A stretch of DNA of 64,000 bases, taken from IMG/VR virus record IMGVR_UViG_3300006153_000003; one strand, given 5' to 3'. Below the pieces are notes generated by a model, which saw only the letters and a list, made by a program, of their open reading frames with translations, ran no database searches and was not told where the DNA came from. How positions within the stretch are numbered: position 1 is the first letter of the stretch; each line of letters begins with the position of its first letter. This stretch comes from a virus (lineage: Duplodnaviria > Caudoviricetes). Both the position numbers and the translations under genes were made by a program. Positions 1-8,902 of this stretch are shown in pieces.

Positions 1-140
1 GAAAGATTCACAAATAACAAATTAGAGAAAGGATATAACAAGTAATTCCGGATAAATTAGCGTTGCAACGCCTTGTAGATAAGGTGTTTGGAAAGTAATA
101 ATAAAAGATTTATTCTATTTTAAATTTATAAAAATGTTTT

Positions 141-331
141 ATGCCGGGTGTGGATTTCCACCACACATGAGGGATTCCAACCTTTGTATGCGGGTTTGCC
201 ATCTGTTGATCCGACGTCGATAAATGACATTGCTGTCCAGGTTGCCACCGCTTTCCCAAATCTTACATGTCTTAACCACATAGGCATTTCGGGCATGTAT
301 ATTCTGCGTCTACATATTCCGCCACCGGCAT
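141..331 (-). ncRNA. tRNA-like RNA with a large central insert
   Basis: 7-bp terminal stem ATGCCGG/CCGGCAT; Leu/Ser-type D-arm start TGGCGGAATATGTAGACGC; T-arm-like GTGTGG-TGGAAAT-CCACAC; ~140 nt in place of the anticodon arm. Confidence 0.55.
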
Positions 332-356
332 TATTCAATCACCGAGCTCACCGATT

Positions 357-545
357 TCATTTGATGCTGCCAGATTTTTCTTCCTCATAATCTGAATCGT
401 CCGGCATAATATTTCCATATGCCCAATGTCTACGATAACCGCAATGAGGGCATTCATAATGCTGTTCTATTACCAAATATCCGTCCTTGTACTCTACACC
501 CTCTACATCTGTGCTGCACTGCTCGCACTTTAAAACTGTGTTCAT
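357..545 (-). CDS. Small Zn-ribbon protein
   Basis: CEQC...CPHC motifs. Confidence 0.7.
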   Translation of the reverse strand: MNTVLKCEQCSTDVEGVEYKDGYLVIEQHYECPHCGYRRHWAYGNIMPDDSDYEEEKSGSIK

Positions 546-577
546 TCTTCATTTTCTCTCATTCTCCCACAAATCAC

Positions 578-763
578 TTATTTAATTTCCACAGATTCTT
601 TAATCTCTACAAGTGGACAATCTTCTTCTCTTTCTTCTTTTGCTCCCATTGGATATAAAGGCTTGAGTGTGAATATACATACAGTTGCACCATTATAATC
701 TTCATATATACAATCACAATTCCAGCAATCGCATGGCATAATCATATCTTTAATTCCTATCAA
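578..763 (-). CDS. Small Cys-rich phage protein
   Basis: RBS GAGGTG; MPxxCxxC...CPLVE pattern. Confidence 0.7.
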   Translation of the reverse strand: MIGIKDMIMPCDCWNCDCIYEDYNGATVCIFTLKPLYPMGAKEEREEDCPLVEIKESVEIK

Positions 764-818
764 TCTTTTTCACCTCATTCCATTTTCCCACAAATCACTC
801 CGACATTTTATCGCTTTC

Positions 819-1046
819 TTATATTAATGCCCTATTATTCCATTTTTTTACTACTTCTCTCGGTGTTATTTCTGAATCTGCCCAGAAATCAATATCACAT
901 CCAAAACAATGAACATAGGCCAAGATATCTTCCCTGTCTAATTCTTCATCAGTATCCACATATTTCATTTCCTGTGTTATTACATCCCAATAAACAAGTC
1001 TTGCTTTATTTTCTCTACAAAATGGACATATTTCTAATTCTTCCAT
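819..1046 (-). CDS. Lar-like (restriction alleviation) Zn-finger protein
   Basis: ELEICPFC...HCFGC...WNNRA. Confidence 0.6.
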   Translation of the reverse strand: MEELEICPFCRENKARLVYWDVITQEMKYVDTDEELDREDILAYVHCFGCDIDFWADSEITPREVVKKWNNRALI

Positions 1047-1408
1047 GATACTAACCTTTTCATCACATTATATTTAGTTCCCCTTCACTTATAATTCCAA
1101 TACTTCGCATATAATCTTCTTCTAACGCTAAAACCTTTTCAATAATATCCTTGCCAATATCGCATCTTTCTGCTATAAAATTAATTGCTTCTACGTAATC
1201 GTATACTGGTGTATTATTCATTGTCATTTCCTCCGACTCCTTCTACTTCTTCTTTAATAATTATTTCTTCTTTTTCAACTAATCCATTGCAAAATAGCAA
1301 TAGATTAGTTATACTATATATTAATGGTATGCCACCCGACATGCTTGACTTAGATAATTAAATTCCTCTAACAAAGCTCATTTTTTCGCTCTAAGGAGGT
1401 GATAAGTC

Positions 1409-1510
1409 ATGGCCAATGTACCTATGGTGCATGTTCGTGCGTACTGGCGGTTCCGTCTGAATAGATGGGAATTCGTACATGAGCATCTGCGTAATTATCC
1501 TAACCGATAA
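1409..1510 (+). CDS. 33-aa Arg/His-rich peptide MANVPMVHVRAYWRFRLNRWEFVHEHLRNYPNR
   Basis: Strong RBS AAGGAGGT; own sigmaA promoter TTGCAA(1287)-17-TATACT(1310); below the ORF-track cutoff. Confidence 0.7.
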   Translation: MANVPMVHVRAYWRFRLNRWEFVHEHLRNYPNR

Positions 1511-1554
1511 GGAGCAGAGGTGGTTATACCAGAAATATCAATTGTTATTTCTTC

Positions 1555-1743
1555 TCATTTTTTTCTATACTTAACTTCTGTATATTCCTCATATCCTTCC
1601 TCTACTTTATAAAAATGACTTAATTGTATTTCAGAATCAATCCTCTCTTGAATCTCTTCTGTTGTAGCATTATCTTCAACATAAAATTCAAAATCATAAT
1701 GCCCCAATGGTCTTACGCTAACATATCCACTTACTTTTTTCAT
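1555..1743 (-). CDS. Hypothetical phage protein
   Basis: ORF with AGGAGG RBS. Confidence 0.75.
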   Translation of the reverse strand: MKKVSGYVSVRPLGHYDFEFYVEDNATTEEIQERIDSEIQLSHFYKVEEGYEEYTEVKYRKK

Positions 1744-1792
1744 ATTCTCCTCCTACAAATTTAAAACGAATTTTTCATCTTCTTATATAAAA

Positions 1793-1942
1793 TGCTGCTA
1801 CAGGGCTTTCACCTGTAGGATATTCTTCTGTACCGCAATAGCGCATACATACACAAATATTTTTACACTCACATCTCCGCGCCGTCAGCTTAACGGAATA
1901 TCCTCTGATGGATGATCTTGTGTGCTCTTACCCACTCCAGCA
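1793..1942 (-). ncRNA. Second tRNA-like/structured RNA candidate
   Basis: TGCTG/CAGCA terminal stem, GGATATTC/GAATATCC helix, T-loop hairpin TACAGG-TGAAAGC-CCTGTA. Confidence 0.4.
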
Positions 1943-2499
1943 ATAGTTTTTCTTGTATAGACAACATTGCCCACCACTAAAGATGTGTCACCTATACTTT
2001 TTTCATTTATTTTTAATTGAGCCTTCCCACAACTCAGTCACTAGTCATCCGTAAATCCCTGATCGTGCACAATCAGCCAGTGCCCTCGAATTTATTCGTT
2101 CAGAAGGTTTCATTGTATCCACCTACAAGTTTTATTAATAACACAAAGCCTTTCACCTATTACAAATGTGGATCAAAGCTTGGCATCATTTGCAACTTAA
2201 ATAAATTCTTTTTATGCATAGAATCAATCCTTTTCTTTACTTCTTCATTTTCAATTTCTCCTTTTTTATGCTTATATTTTTGTTATCTACAATAAACATC
2301 CTCTTTTCTCAAGATAATCCACCAAGGACTTATTTACATCTTCAATGTCCTTTACTTCATATCTCTCACCATCTAATCCTTCTCCATTTATCCACATATT
2401 CTGCTTGTTGCCCGAACTCTTATAAAATTTGACACCTAATTCTACACTCTTAATATCCACCATCTTCTCTCCTCTTTCTCAAATGAATTGTTAGATTTA

Positions 2500-3110
2500 T
2501 CAGTTATCATTCACTTCAATAATTTCACCATCAACCATCGTATACCAAATATCTTCTTTGATTTTCACACCATCTACTTGAACCATTTTTGCATCCTTTA
2601 AATTCCACTCGTTTTGTTTCCAATAACAATCTTCATTACCTTCCCAATCGGCAAGCACTAAAAATGACCCCTTGACACCTTTTGCTTTACCATGGTATCC
2701 CCACGCAACTGCAATAGAGTAAGGATCTTTGGCTTCAGAAGCACCTTTATATCCTGTAGCAGATGAAGCACCACAATTTCCTGTAGAATCCATTTCATGT
2801 TTAGTTCTTTCTTTCGTATATTCAATTGCAGCTTTTACTAACCCTGCAATTGATACTCTTGCATTGATTTTTATTTTAGTAGAAGCGACCTTCGTATCAT
2901 CACTATTACGTGACAATTCTCCATTTTGTTCTACTTCATGAAAAACAGAATTATTAGGGCTATAATATGAAAAACAATCCAATGGATACTCACATGCATG
3001 GAATCCCGTTTCACATGCAATGGCTTCTTTTTTCCTTCATATTCTTTTCCTTCTTCATACTGAAATTCTCGACATGTCATATCCTTATTAAATCCTTTAT
3101 AAGTTCTCAT
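2500..3110 (-). pseudogene. Conserved phage protein (MRTYKGFNKDMTCREFQYEEGK...CETGFHACEYPLDC) split by a -1 frameshift
   Basis: ATG at 3110 with RBS; frame joins ORF 2500..2982 after A_AAA_AAG at 3027-3033. Confidence 0.7.
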
Positions 3111-3129
3111 TAATTAATCCTCCTACTAT

Positions 3130-4074
3130 TTATTCCTCTCCTACATTTACCAACTTTTCAATATATTCTCTGCTACCCTCCTTAAAAAAAGGAATCTCTT
3201 TATCAACAACCCAATGTCTTTTTTTCACACAGTCTTCACCGACACCAATACGATTTAGAATAGCTTCATTCTCTTCTGAATATCTGCAACCAGAATATTT
3301 ATCAATCCAATATTCTTTCTTAACTACACAGCTTCCACGCTTCTGATATGTAGGAAAATCATTCCAATTAATTTTCTTCTGAATCATAAGCATATCCTGA
3401 ATGTCATTACAAGATTTATTCTGTAATTCCTTGTGACTGAAATTTGCTTGTCCTACCATTTGAATACTGTTTCTAAAACAATCTAATTGCCTCCAATAGA
3501 AATAATTCGTTACTTCTTCTTTTGGAATATTGAAAACTCTCGCGTCAAACATAGCACCAGATTTTAATGCTTTTGAATATGCATCTTCTAATTCCAAAAA
3601 AGACTCTTCCACCTTATTATTGGTCCCACCCAAATCCCAATCTGGTAAATTTCCTTCTCCCCATTCATCATAATTCACTGAAAAAAATTTATTAAAAGCC
3701 AACGTAGCCATACTTGCAGCAATACTACACATTTTCTGTATTTCGTAATCAAACCATGCCGAAGTTCTAATACTCTGATAATCCACCAATATTAAAGAGA
3801 TTTCATCAGACTGGCAATATCCAAGTACACATCCTTGAATATTCTCACAAAGATACTTCGTAGTCTCCTGCATTGTTTTAATCAAGACATCATCAAACGG
3901 TCTTTTAAATCCTCTAGTAAATGTATGAAAAGTTTTGCCGTCAATCCGGATAATTACTGGTATTCTTCTCATTAATTTTGTTTTTGGAATATCTTCATAA
4001 AAAATTTTCATCCGATTTCCCAGATCATCTCTTCTTTTATTCATGATAATCATTCCTCCTAATAACCCAAACAA
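3130..4074 (-). CDS. thg1: tRNA(His) guanylyltransferase Thg1-like protein
   Basis: IRIDGKTFH, QSDEISL, FDARVF, YFYWRQxDxxRNS motifs; true start probably ~4044-4053. Confidence 0.9.
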   Translation of the reverse strand: MFGLLGGMIIMNKRRDDLGNRMKIFYEDIPKTKLMRRIPVIIRIDGKTFHTFTRGFKRPFDDVLIKTMQETTKYLCENIQGCVLGYCQSDEISLILVDYQSIRTSAWFDYEIQKMCSIAASMATLAFNKFFSVNYDEWGEGNLPDWDLGGTNNKVEESFLELEDAYSKALKSGAMFDARVFNIPKEEVTNYFYWRQLDCFRNSIQMVGQANFSHKELQNKSCNDIQDMLMIQKKINWNDFPTYQKRGSCVVKKEYWIDKYSGCRYSEENEAILNRIGVGEDCVKKRHWVVDKEIPFFKEGSREYIEKLVNVGEE

Positions 4075-4328
4075 TTCATCAGTTCATAAAGCGGCGAAAA
4101 ATACACTTTCTGCCTTGTACCATATTTTTCTTGAAATTCTGATACAAGCTTTTCAAACTCTTGATACGTCTTATTTATTTCATCAAGCTTCTTCTTCCTC
4201 TCTATTTCCTCCTGTTCTCTCATTTTTCTAACCTCTTCTAATTTTTTCTTTTCAGTATTTTCATACTCCAAGCACTCATCTTCTGTATCAAATACCATAT
4301 TCTTTCCATACTCGCTTAAATATCTCAT
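4059..4328 (-). CDS. Hypothetical coiled-coil protein
   Basis: ORF with AGGAGG RBS. Confidence 0.75.
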   Translation of the reverse strand: MRYLSEYGKNMVFDTEDECLEYENTEKKKLEEVRKMREQEEIERKKKLDEINKTYQEFEKLVSEFQEKYGTRQKVYFSPLYELMNCLGY

Positions 4329-4342
4329 TTTTTTAATCCTCC

Positions 4343-5770
4343 TTATGCACTTTTCTTTCTTATATTTTCTTCATACTTTTCAAAGTCATTTAACATATGT
4401 AAGAAATTTTTTCTCTGATCAACAAAATATGTATTATTTTTCTTGGCGTACTCTTCCATCCACCCTTCCAAGTCTTTGTCTTCTTTGTAAGAATAAATGA
4501 CCATCGTCAATAAAGATAAACGATTTCCTTCATTAAGAAGCTTGGAACCGTCTTTTATTGTCCTATCTGTTAAATCTGATAGCGACTTATTATAAAGTTC
4601 CATATCGCTATGAATTTCTTCAGGCTCTAATCCAAGAAGATCTGTTATAATTTCTTCTTCCGTTTCATTTGCACTTTCTGAAATATTATCTTCTTTTACC
4701 TGAAAGAATTCCAACATCAATTTTTCGAGTACACTAAGTTTCTTAGAGATTATATTTTTATCTTTCGTTGAACTCTTTTTGTCAATTCCATAAAATGTTT
4801 CCGGATCATCCCCGTTTAATTTCTTATTGTAAAAGTCTAAAAACTTAACAAATTCCTGATCATCTTTCTCTAGCTGAGAAAATCTGTCAAATATCGTAAA
4901 CCAAACGAATGAATCTTTTGATGTGAAAATATGATTAAATTCATCTCCACAAATCTTTTCCAGTCTGTTTAAATTATCATCTAACTTATCAAATTCTTCT
5001 TCTGAAGAATTATCATTTAAGTAAGCTCCCATTTTCTTACTTTGCTTCTGCCAATTATCAAAATGAAACATACACATAACTGTTTCTGTAACAATACGGT
5101 CAATTGTTCCATTGTTTCTTTCTTTTTCTGAATATCCATCATGTTTAAAGAATGAATTACGTGAAACTCTTTTTACTTCTTTTGCCACATTATCCATATA
5201 AGTAACCGCATTCTGGGCAGCATTCATAGACTTTTGTTTATTATAACGGCGAATATGATAACCAATCTCTTCGTTCGTACAATTCAAATGCTTAACAACA
5301 TCTATCTTATAATTATCAAATGTCTCTTTTAACTTTTGTGGCAAATCTTCATATTTCTTCCCACGCAAATCGTACTCTATAGTTTCATATATGTAATTAT
5401 CATACTTGTCCTTAAGGATATTCCCCTCTTCATCCCTTTTTACTTCTTGATATGAAACAATCGGATATTCAATATTCCTTCCTATCGCAAAACCTCCATT
5501 CCGATAACCACTGAGAGTTGTAAGTCTTTGCAATCCATCGATCACCCATAAAATTACACCTTGAGGAGTAAGCTGCTCACACACTTTAATGGAATCAATA
5601 TCTTCATCTTTGATTACTGTTGCAATTAAACCGTCCTGGTCTGCCCGGGACCATTGATCTGGTTCCCTTTGTAAAGGATGATCCTTCCTTAATTCGCCCC
5701 GATCAAACATGTTTTGAATAGTTGAATTCATGAAAGCATCTTTAATTCGCTTATCTCTTACTAACTCCAT
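4343..5770 (-). CDS. DUF262 (GmrSD N-terminal, ParB/Srx-fold) domain protein
   Basis: QRxxxQW and VIDGLQRLTT motifs. Confidence 0.75.
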   Translation of the reverse strand: MELVRDKRIKDAFMNSTIQNMFDRGELRKDHPLQREPDQWSRADQDGLIATVIKDEDIDSIKVCEQLTPQGVILWVIDGLQRLTTLSGYRNGGFAIGRNIEYPIVSYQEVKRDEEGNILKDKYDNYIYETIEYDLRGKKYEDLPQKLKETFDNYKIDVVKHLNCTNEEIGYHIRRYNKQKSMNAAQNAVTYMDNVAKEVKRVSRNSFFKHDGYSEKERNNGTIDRIVTETVMCMFHFDNWQKQSKKMGAYLNDNSSEEEFDKLDDNLNRLEKICGDEFNHIFTSKDSFVWFTIFDRFSQLEKDDQEFVKFLDFYNKKLNGDDPETFYGIDKKSSTKDKNIISKKLSVLEKLMLEFFQVKEDNISESANETEEEIITDLLGLEPEEIHSDMELYNKSLSDLTDRTIKDGSKLLNEGNRLSLLTMVIYSYKEDKDLEGWMEEYAKKNNTYFVDQRKNFLHMLNDFEKYEENIRKKSA

Positions 5771-5787
5771 TATGATTACCGCCTTTC

Positions 5788-6462
5788 TTAAAATAATATT
5801 GAAATATTTCTATATGAATGAATCCCCGTCATTGCATCAGCATACTCTCTTTGAGTTATATGTAATATCTTTTGAATCTCATTAGCCCTATATGAAGCAG
5901 CTAACAATTCTACAATCTTCCTCTGTCGATTTGATAATCTATTGAGATATTTTTCTATTTTTGAATTCTCCATCTCATTTTTTATAAAAACTTCTCTATC
6001 TATATCAAAATCGCCAGCAAGTTTATCCCCCAAGGTAAGATCGCCTTCACCTATCGGTGCATCTAAATACACTTCCGCTATAATTCTAAACTTAGGCTTC
6101 CCCTTCTCATTTAATACCAGATTTCCATCTTCATCACGCTCTAATTCTTTCATACACCTCCGATCTCTCTGTTGGTATTTGATCCTATCAATAATTCCCA
6201 GAGCCAATGCGCCATACAGGAAACCGTCAAAATCTCCTTCTGATGAATTGTATCTTCTGTTCATAACAATATCTGTAAAAACATCATTAGCCACCGAATA
6301 ATATTCAGACATATCTTTCCCAGCAATTCCTCCATATTTCCGGTAAAAAATTTTATTAACGACCATATGTAATTTTTTTGCATTATCTTCATAATACGGA
6401 TTCACAAATTTTTCTATTATCTCTTCTAAATCCATTGACTTCATTTTCAACACCTGCTTCAT
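5788..6462 (-). CDS. Phage sigma-70-like factor
   Basis: Region-2-like FDGFLY..IIDRIK, YLDAPIG, C-terminal LSNRQRKIVELL HTH. Confidence 0.65.
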   Translation of the reverse strand: MKQVLKMKSMDLEEIIEKFVNPYYEDNAKKLHMVVNKIFYRKYGGIAGKDMSEYYSVANDVFTDIVMNRRYNSSEGDFDGFLYGALALGIIDRIKYQQRDRRCMKELERDEDGNLVLNEKGKPKFRIIAEVYLDAPIGEGDLTLGDKLAGDFDIDREVFIKNEMENSKIEKYLNRLSNRQRKIVELLAASYRANEIQKILHITQREYADAMTGIHSYRNISILF

Positions 6463-6468
6463 TATGTA

Positions 6469-6648
6469 TTAATGTTTGTTTATGCTCGCTCTATTTAATT
6501 CTTCTCTAAAATCCAGATCTTCATCCTTTACTTTTTGTCTCTTTGTTTCACTTTTACATTTAGGACACTTATAATACTTTTCTTTCCCATCCTTAGAAAA
6601 AGATAAAACTCTTCCCATCGGTGTATAGCATCTTTTACATGTCACCAT
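6469..6648 (-). CDS. 59-aa Zn-ribbon protein
   Basis: MVTCKRC...YKCPKC; RBS; fills the gap in the operon. Confidence 0.7.
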   Translation of the reverse strand: MVTCKRCYTPMGRVLSFSKDGKEKYYKCPKCKSETKRQKVKDEDLDFREELNRASINKH

Positions 6649-6665
6649 AATCCTCTCCCACCTCT

Positions 6666-7334
6666 CTAATTCAACATTTCTAACGCTTTCTGATAATATT
6701 CAGTTCTCCCTTTATACTCAACATGTTTTTCTTTTGCAATTTCAAGTTTTAGTTTTTCTAAGGTATATCTGTGTGTAATAGCATCTTCAAAAACTTCTAT
6801 GTAGTCTAGGCATTGCTTTATTTTTTCATGTTTTTCTCTTATCTCGTCCAATAGATAAGCAATCTTTGCCATTTTGTGAGCTTGGGCTTTCTTCCCATTA
6901 TTATCTTCTTTATATTTCTGTAAAGCATGTACTATATCGGATTCTGCCGAATCGTATTTCAATAATCCTACAGTTAATTCTTCTCTATATGTTTCTAACT
7001 GCATTTTGCTCCATCCGGCTAAGCCCAGGATTGATTTTGTTTCCTGATATATCTTTTCAATAATACTTTCATCAAACGAAATATCATTTTCGCCTATGTA
7101 CACTCCACCATTCCCTTTATAATTTGGTGACATTTTCGGTTTTTCTTCCGTTTCTTTATCTACCATGTAATAACATTTAATCCAGGCCATCCTTTTGCTT
7201 CTATCATTTAATACAGCTTTCGCTTGCTTATAAGTAAATTCTTTTGCTTGGATCGGTGATGTTGTGCTTATAAATACTCCTTTCTTCATGGGATTTTCCA
7301 TCACATAATTCTTTCCATCTGTTAAAATGAACAT
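6666..7334 (-). CDS. Hypothetical protein, first gene after the LexA-box promoter
   Basis: ORF; ATG at 7334 follows AAGGAG. Confidence 0.75.
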   Translation of the reverse strand: MFILTDGKNYVMENPMKKGVFISTTSPIQAKEFTYKQAKAVLNDRSKRMAWIKCYYMVDKETEEKPKMSPNYKGNGGVYIGENDISFDESIIEKIYQETKSILGLAGWSKMQLETYREELTVGLLKYDSAESDIVHALQKYKEDNNGKKAQAHKMAKIAYLLDEIREKHEKIKQCLDYIEVFEDAITHRYTLEKLKLEIAKEKHVEYKGRTEYYQKALEMLN

Positions 7335-7564
7335 ATTTCTCTTCTCCTTTCCTAAAAATAGGTGCAAAAAAATAATATCTACAAAGATATTTATTTAATT
7401 TTGCAGCAATCCTATATTGTGTAATCATTCCAACTAACGTACTTTTACCCACGCCACTCCCAGCGAAGATGCCGATACGCTGTCCTACTAGAAAAATACT
7501 GCTTTTCTATATTCTATTTTCTTCTTTTTAGTTTTGAATTTTTTGCAGAATCGCCCTGAAAAAC

Positions 7565-7675
7565 TTGACTTATAAAATCATCCTATGTAAAATACAAGAG
7601 GAGCGTTTCTGCTCATTATTATGTAATAGACCTGTCCGATGGTGTTGGCGCACCGTTTGAGGATAGGTCTTTTTT
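7565..7675 (+). ncRNA. Putative ~75-nt antisense sRNA with its promoter and intrinsic terminator
   Basis: TTGACT-17-TAAAAT, then hairpin AGACCTGTCC...GGATAGGTCT plus T-tract; no ORF. Confidence 0.5.
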
Positions 7676-7687
7676 AATTCTATGGGT

Positions 7688-7739
7688 ATTATAGAACATT
7701 TGTTCTTGTTTGTCAATAGTTTTTTCGAACATGCGTTTG
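7688..7739 (-). promoter_or_regulatory. sigmaA promoter overlapped by two LexA (Cheo) boxes
   Basis: TTGACA(7711-7716)-17-TATAAT(7688-7693); GAAC-ATTT-GTTC at 7694-7705; CGAACATGCGTTTG at 7726-7739. Confidence 0.8.
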
Positions 7740-7760
7740 TTTTTCTATTCCAATTATGGA

Positions 7761-8036
7761 TTATTCTCTCAACAATACTGTTTTTTGTAATCCTTTCGGT
7801 CGTATATTCCTTATATCTTGTATTTCTGTAAATAATCTTAATTGCTTTACGAAATCATCTTTTAACGATGCTGCTGTTTTTATATCTTCAAATACTCCTG
7901 CATATTCATCCTTCTTTTTTGGAACAAACACCATATTTACATCTGTATCTCTTAAATTCTGGACCGCTACTAAAACTTTTGTGTTTCTATCACACATTTT
8001 CATCGCTTCTTCTATTGTAACTTCTACATACTGCAT
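7761..8036 (-). CDS. Hypothetical protein
   Basis: ORF with GGAGG RBS. Confidence 0.75.
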   Translation of the reverse strand: MQYVEVTIEEAMKMCDRNTKVLVAVQNLRDTDVNMVFVPKKKDEYAGVFEDIKTAASLKDDFVKQLRLFTEIQDIRNIRPKGLQKTVLLRE

Positions 8037-8053
8037 AATAATCCCTCCATTCT

Positions 8054-8410
8054 TTATTCTTCAAAATCTGGGATCGCATTATATACTCTACGAATCTCTT
8101 GTTTTTCACTAATATTCGTCACTACCCCAATCTTTTTCTTAATACGCTTGTTACTGATTACACGCATCTGCTCACCAAGTAATATCGAATCCATTTTTAA
8201 CCCTGTATCAGCACTTTTCTTTATCAGAGTATGCGTAGGCTGATTTGGATTCTTAAATACTTTAGTTGAAAATGGAATTACCATAGTTGTTGGACTATGT
8301 AAATTACCAATATCATTTTGAATGACAAGCACAGGACGTATTCCACCCTGCTCTGATCCTACTGTCCCGGACAGATCAGCTTGCACTATATCATATTTCT
8401 TTATTTCCAT
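8054..8410 (-). CDS. mazF: PemK/MazF-family endoribonuclease toxin
   Basis: GSEQGGIRPVLVIQNDIGN motif. Confidence 0.9.
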   Translation of the reverse strand: MEIKKYDIVQADLSGTVGSEQGGIRPVLVIQNDIGNLHSPTTMVIPFSTKVFKNPNQPTHTLIKKSADTGLKMDSILLGEQMRVISNKRIKKKIGVVTNISEKQEIRRVYNAIPDFEE

Positions 8411-8477
8411 AATCGCATCCTCCTTCCTTCTTTTATGTACTACACTATCTTTATGTTTCCATTATACAATATATACT

Positions 8478-8575
8478 TTGTATAATCAATATATATATTG
8501 TTTATTATTGTACAAATATCACATATACATATTGTACTTTTTTTGTATATATTGTATAATCAATATATATATTGT
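8478..8575. repeat. 24-bp exact direct repeat in a divergent promoter region (probable operator)
   Basis: TTGTATAATCAATATATATATTGT at 8478-8501 and 8552-8575. Confidence 0.7.
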
Positions 8576-8592
8576 ACGGAGGTATATTTTAT

Positions 8593-8805
8593 ATGATATG
8601 TAACAATCCAAAAGAACTTTTAGCTGAAATCAAAAAATATATGGATATAGAAGATATTCAAATGAAAGATCTTGCATTACGTTTAAATAAAACGCAACAA
8701 TCTGTTAGTCAATATTTTAATAATGGTAATCCCAACTGTCGCACACTTTTTGAGATATGCAATGTCTTGGGACTTAAGATAAGTATAGACAAAAACTCAG
8801 ATTGA
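8593..8805 (+). CDS. XRE/Cro HTH regulator
   Basis: MKDLALRLNKTQQSVSQYF HTH; GGAGG RBS. Confidence 0.85.
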   Translation: MICNNPKELLAEIKKYMDIEDIQMKDLALRLNKTQQSVSQYFNNGNPNCRTLFEICNVLGLKISIDKNSD

Positions 8806-8857
8806 ATCGTGCATCATTCGTAATTGACCAGAAACATTTAACAATTTAAGCCATATT

Positions 8858-8886
8858 AAAAGGACTGGCAAATCCCAGTCCTTTTA
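8858..8886. terminator. Bidirectional intrinsic terminator
   Basis: AAAAGGACTGG-caaatc-CCAGTCCTTTT between convergent genes. Confidence 0.75.
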
Positions 8887-8902
8887 ATAAACTCCCCTGT
8901 CT

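Noticed and set aside
1-125. Prophage attachment site at the window start
   Set aside because: Small palindromes are present (GCGTTGCAACGC), but there is no partner repeat, adjacent integrase or host gene to support it
126-390. ORFs 126..338(-) and 148..390(+)
   Set aside because: No RBS and atypical composition; the region is better explained by a tRNA-like fold
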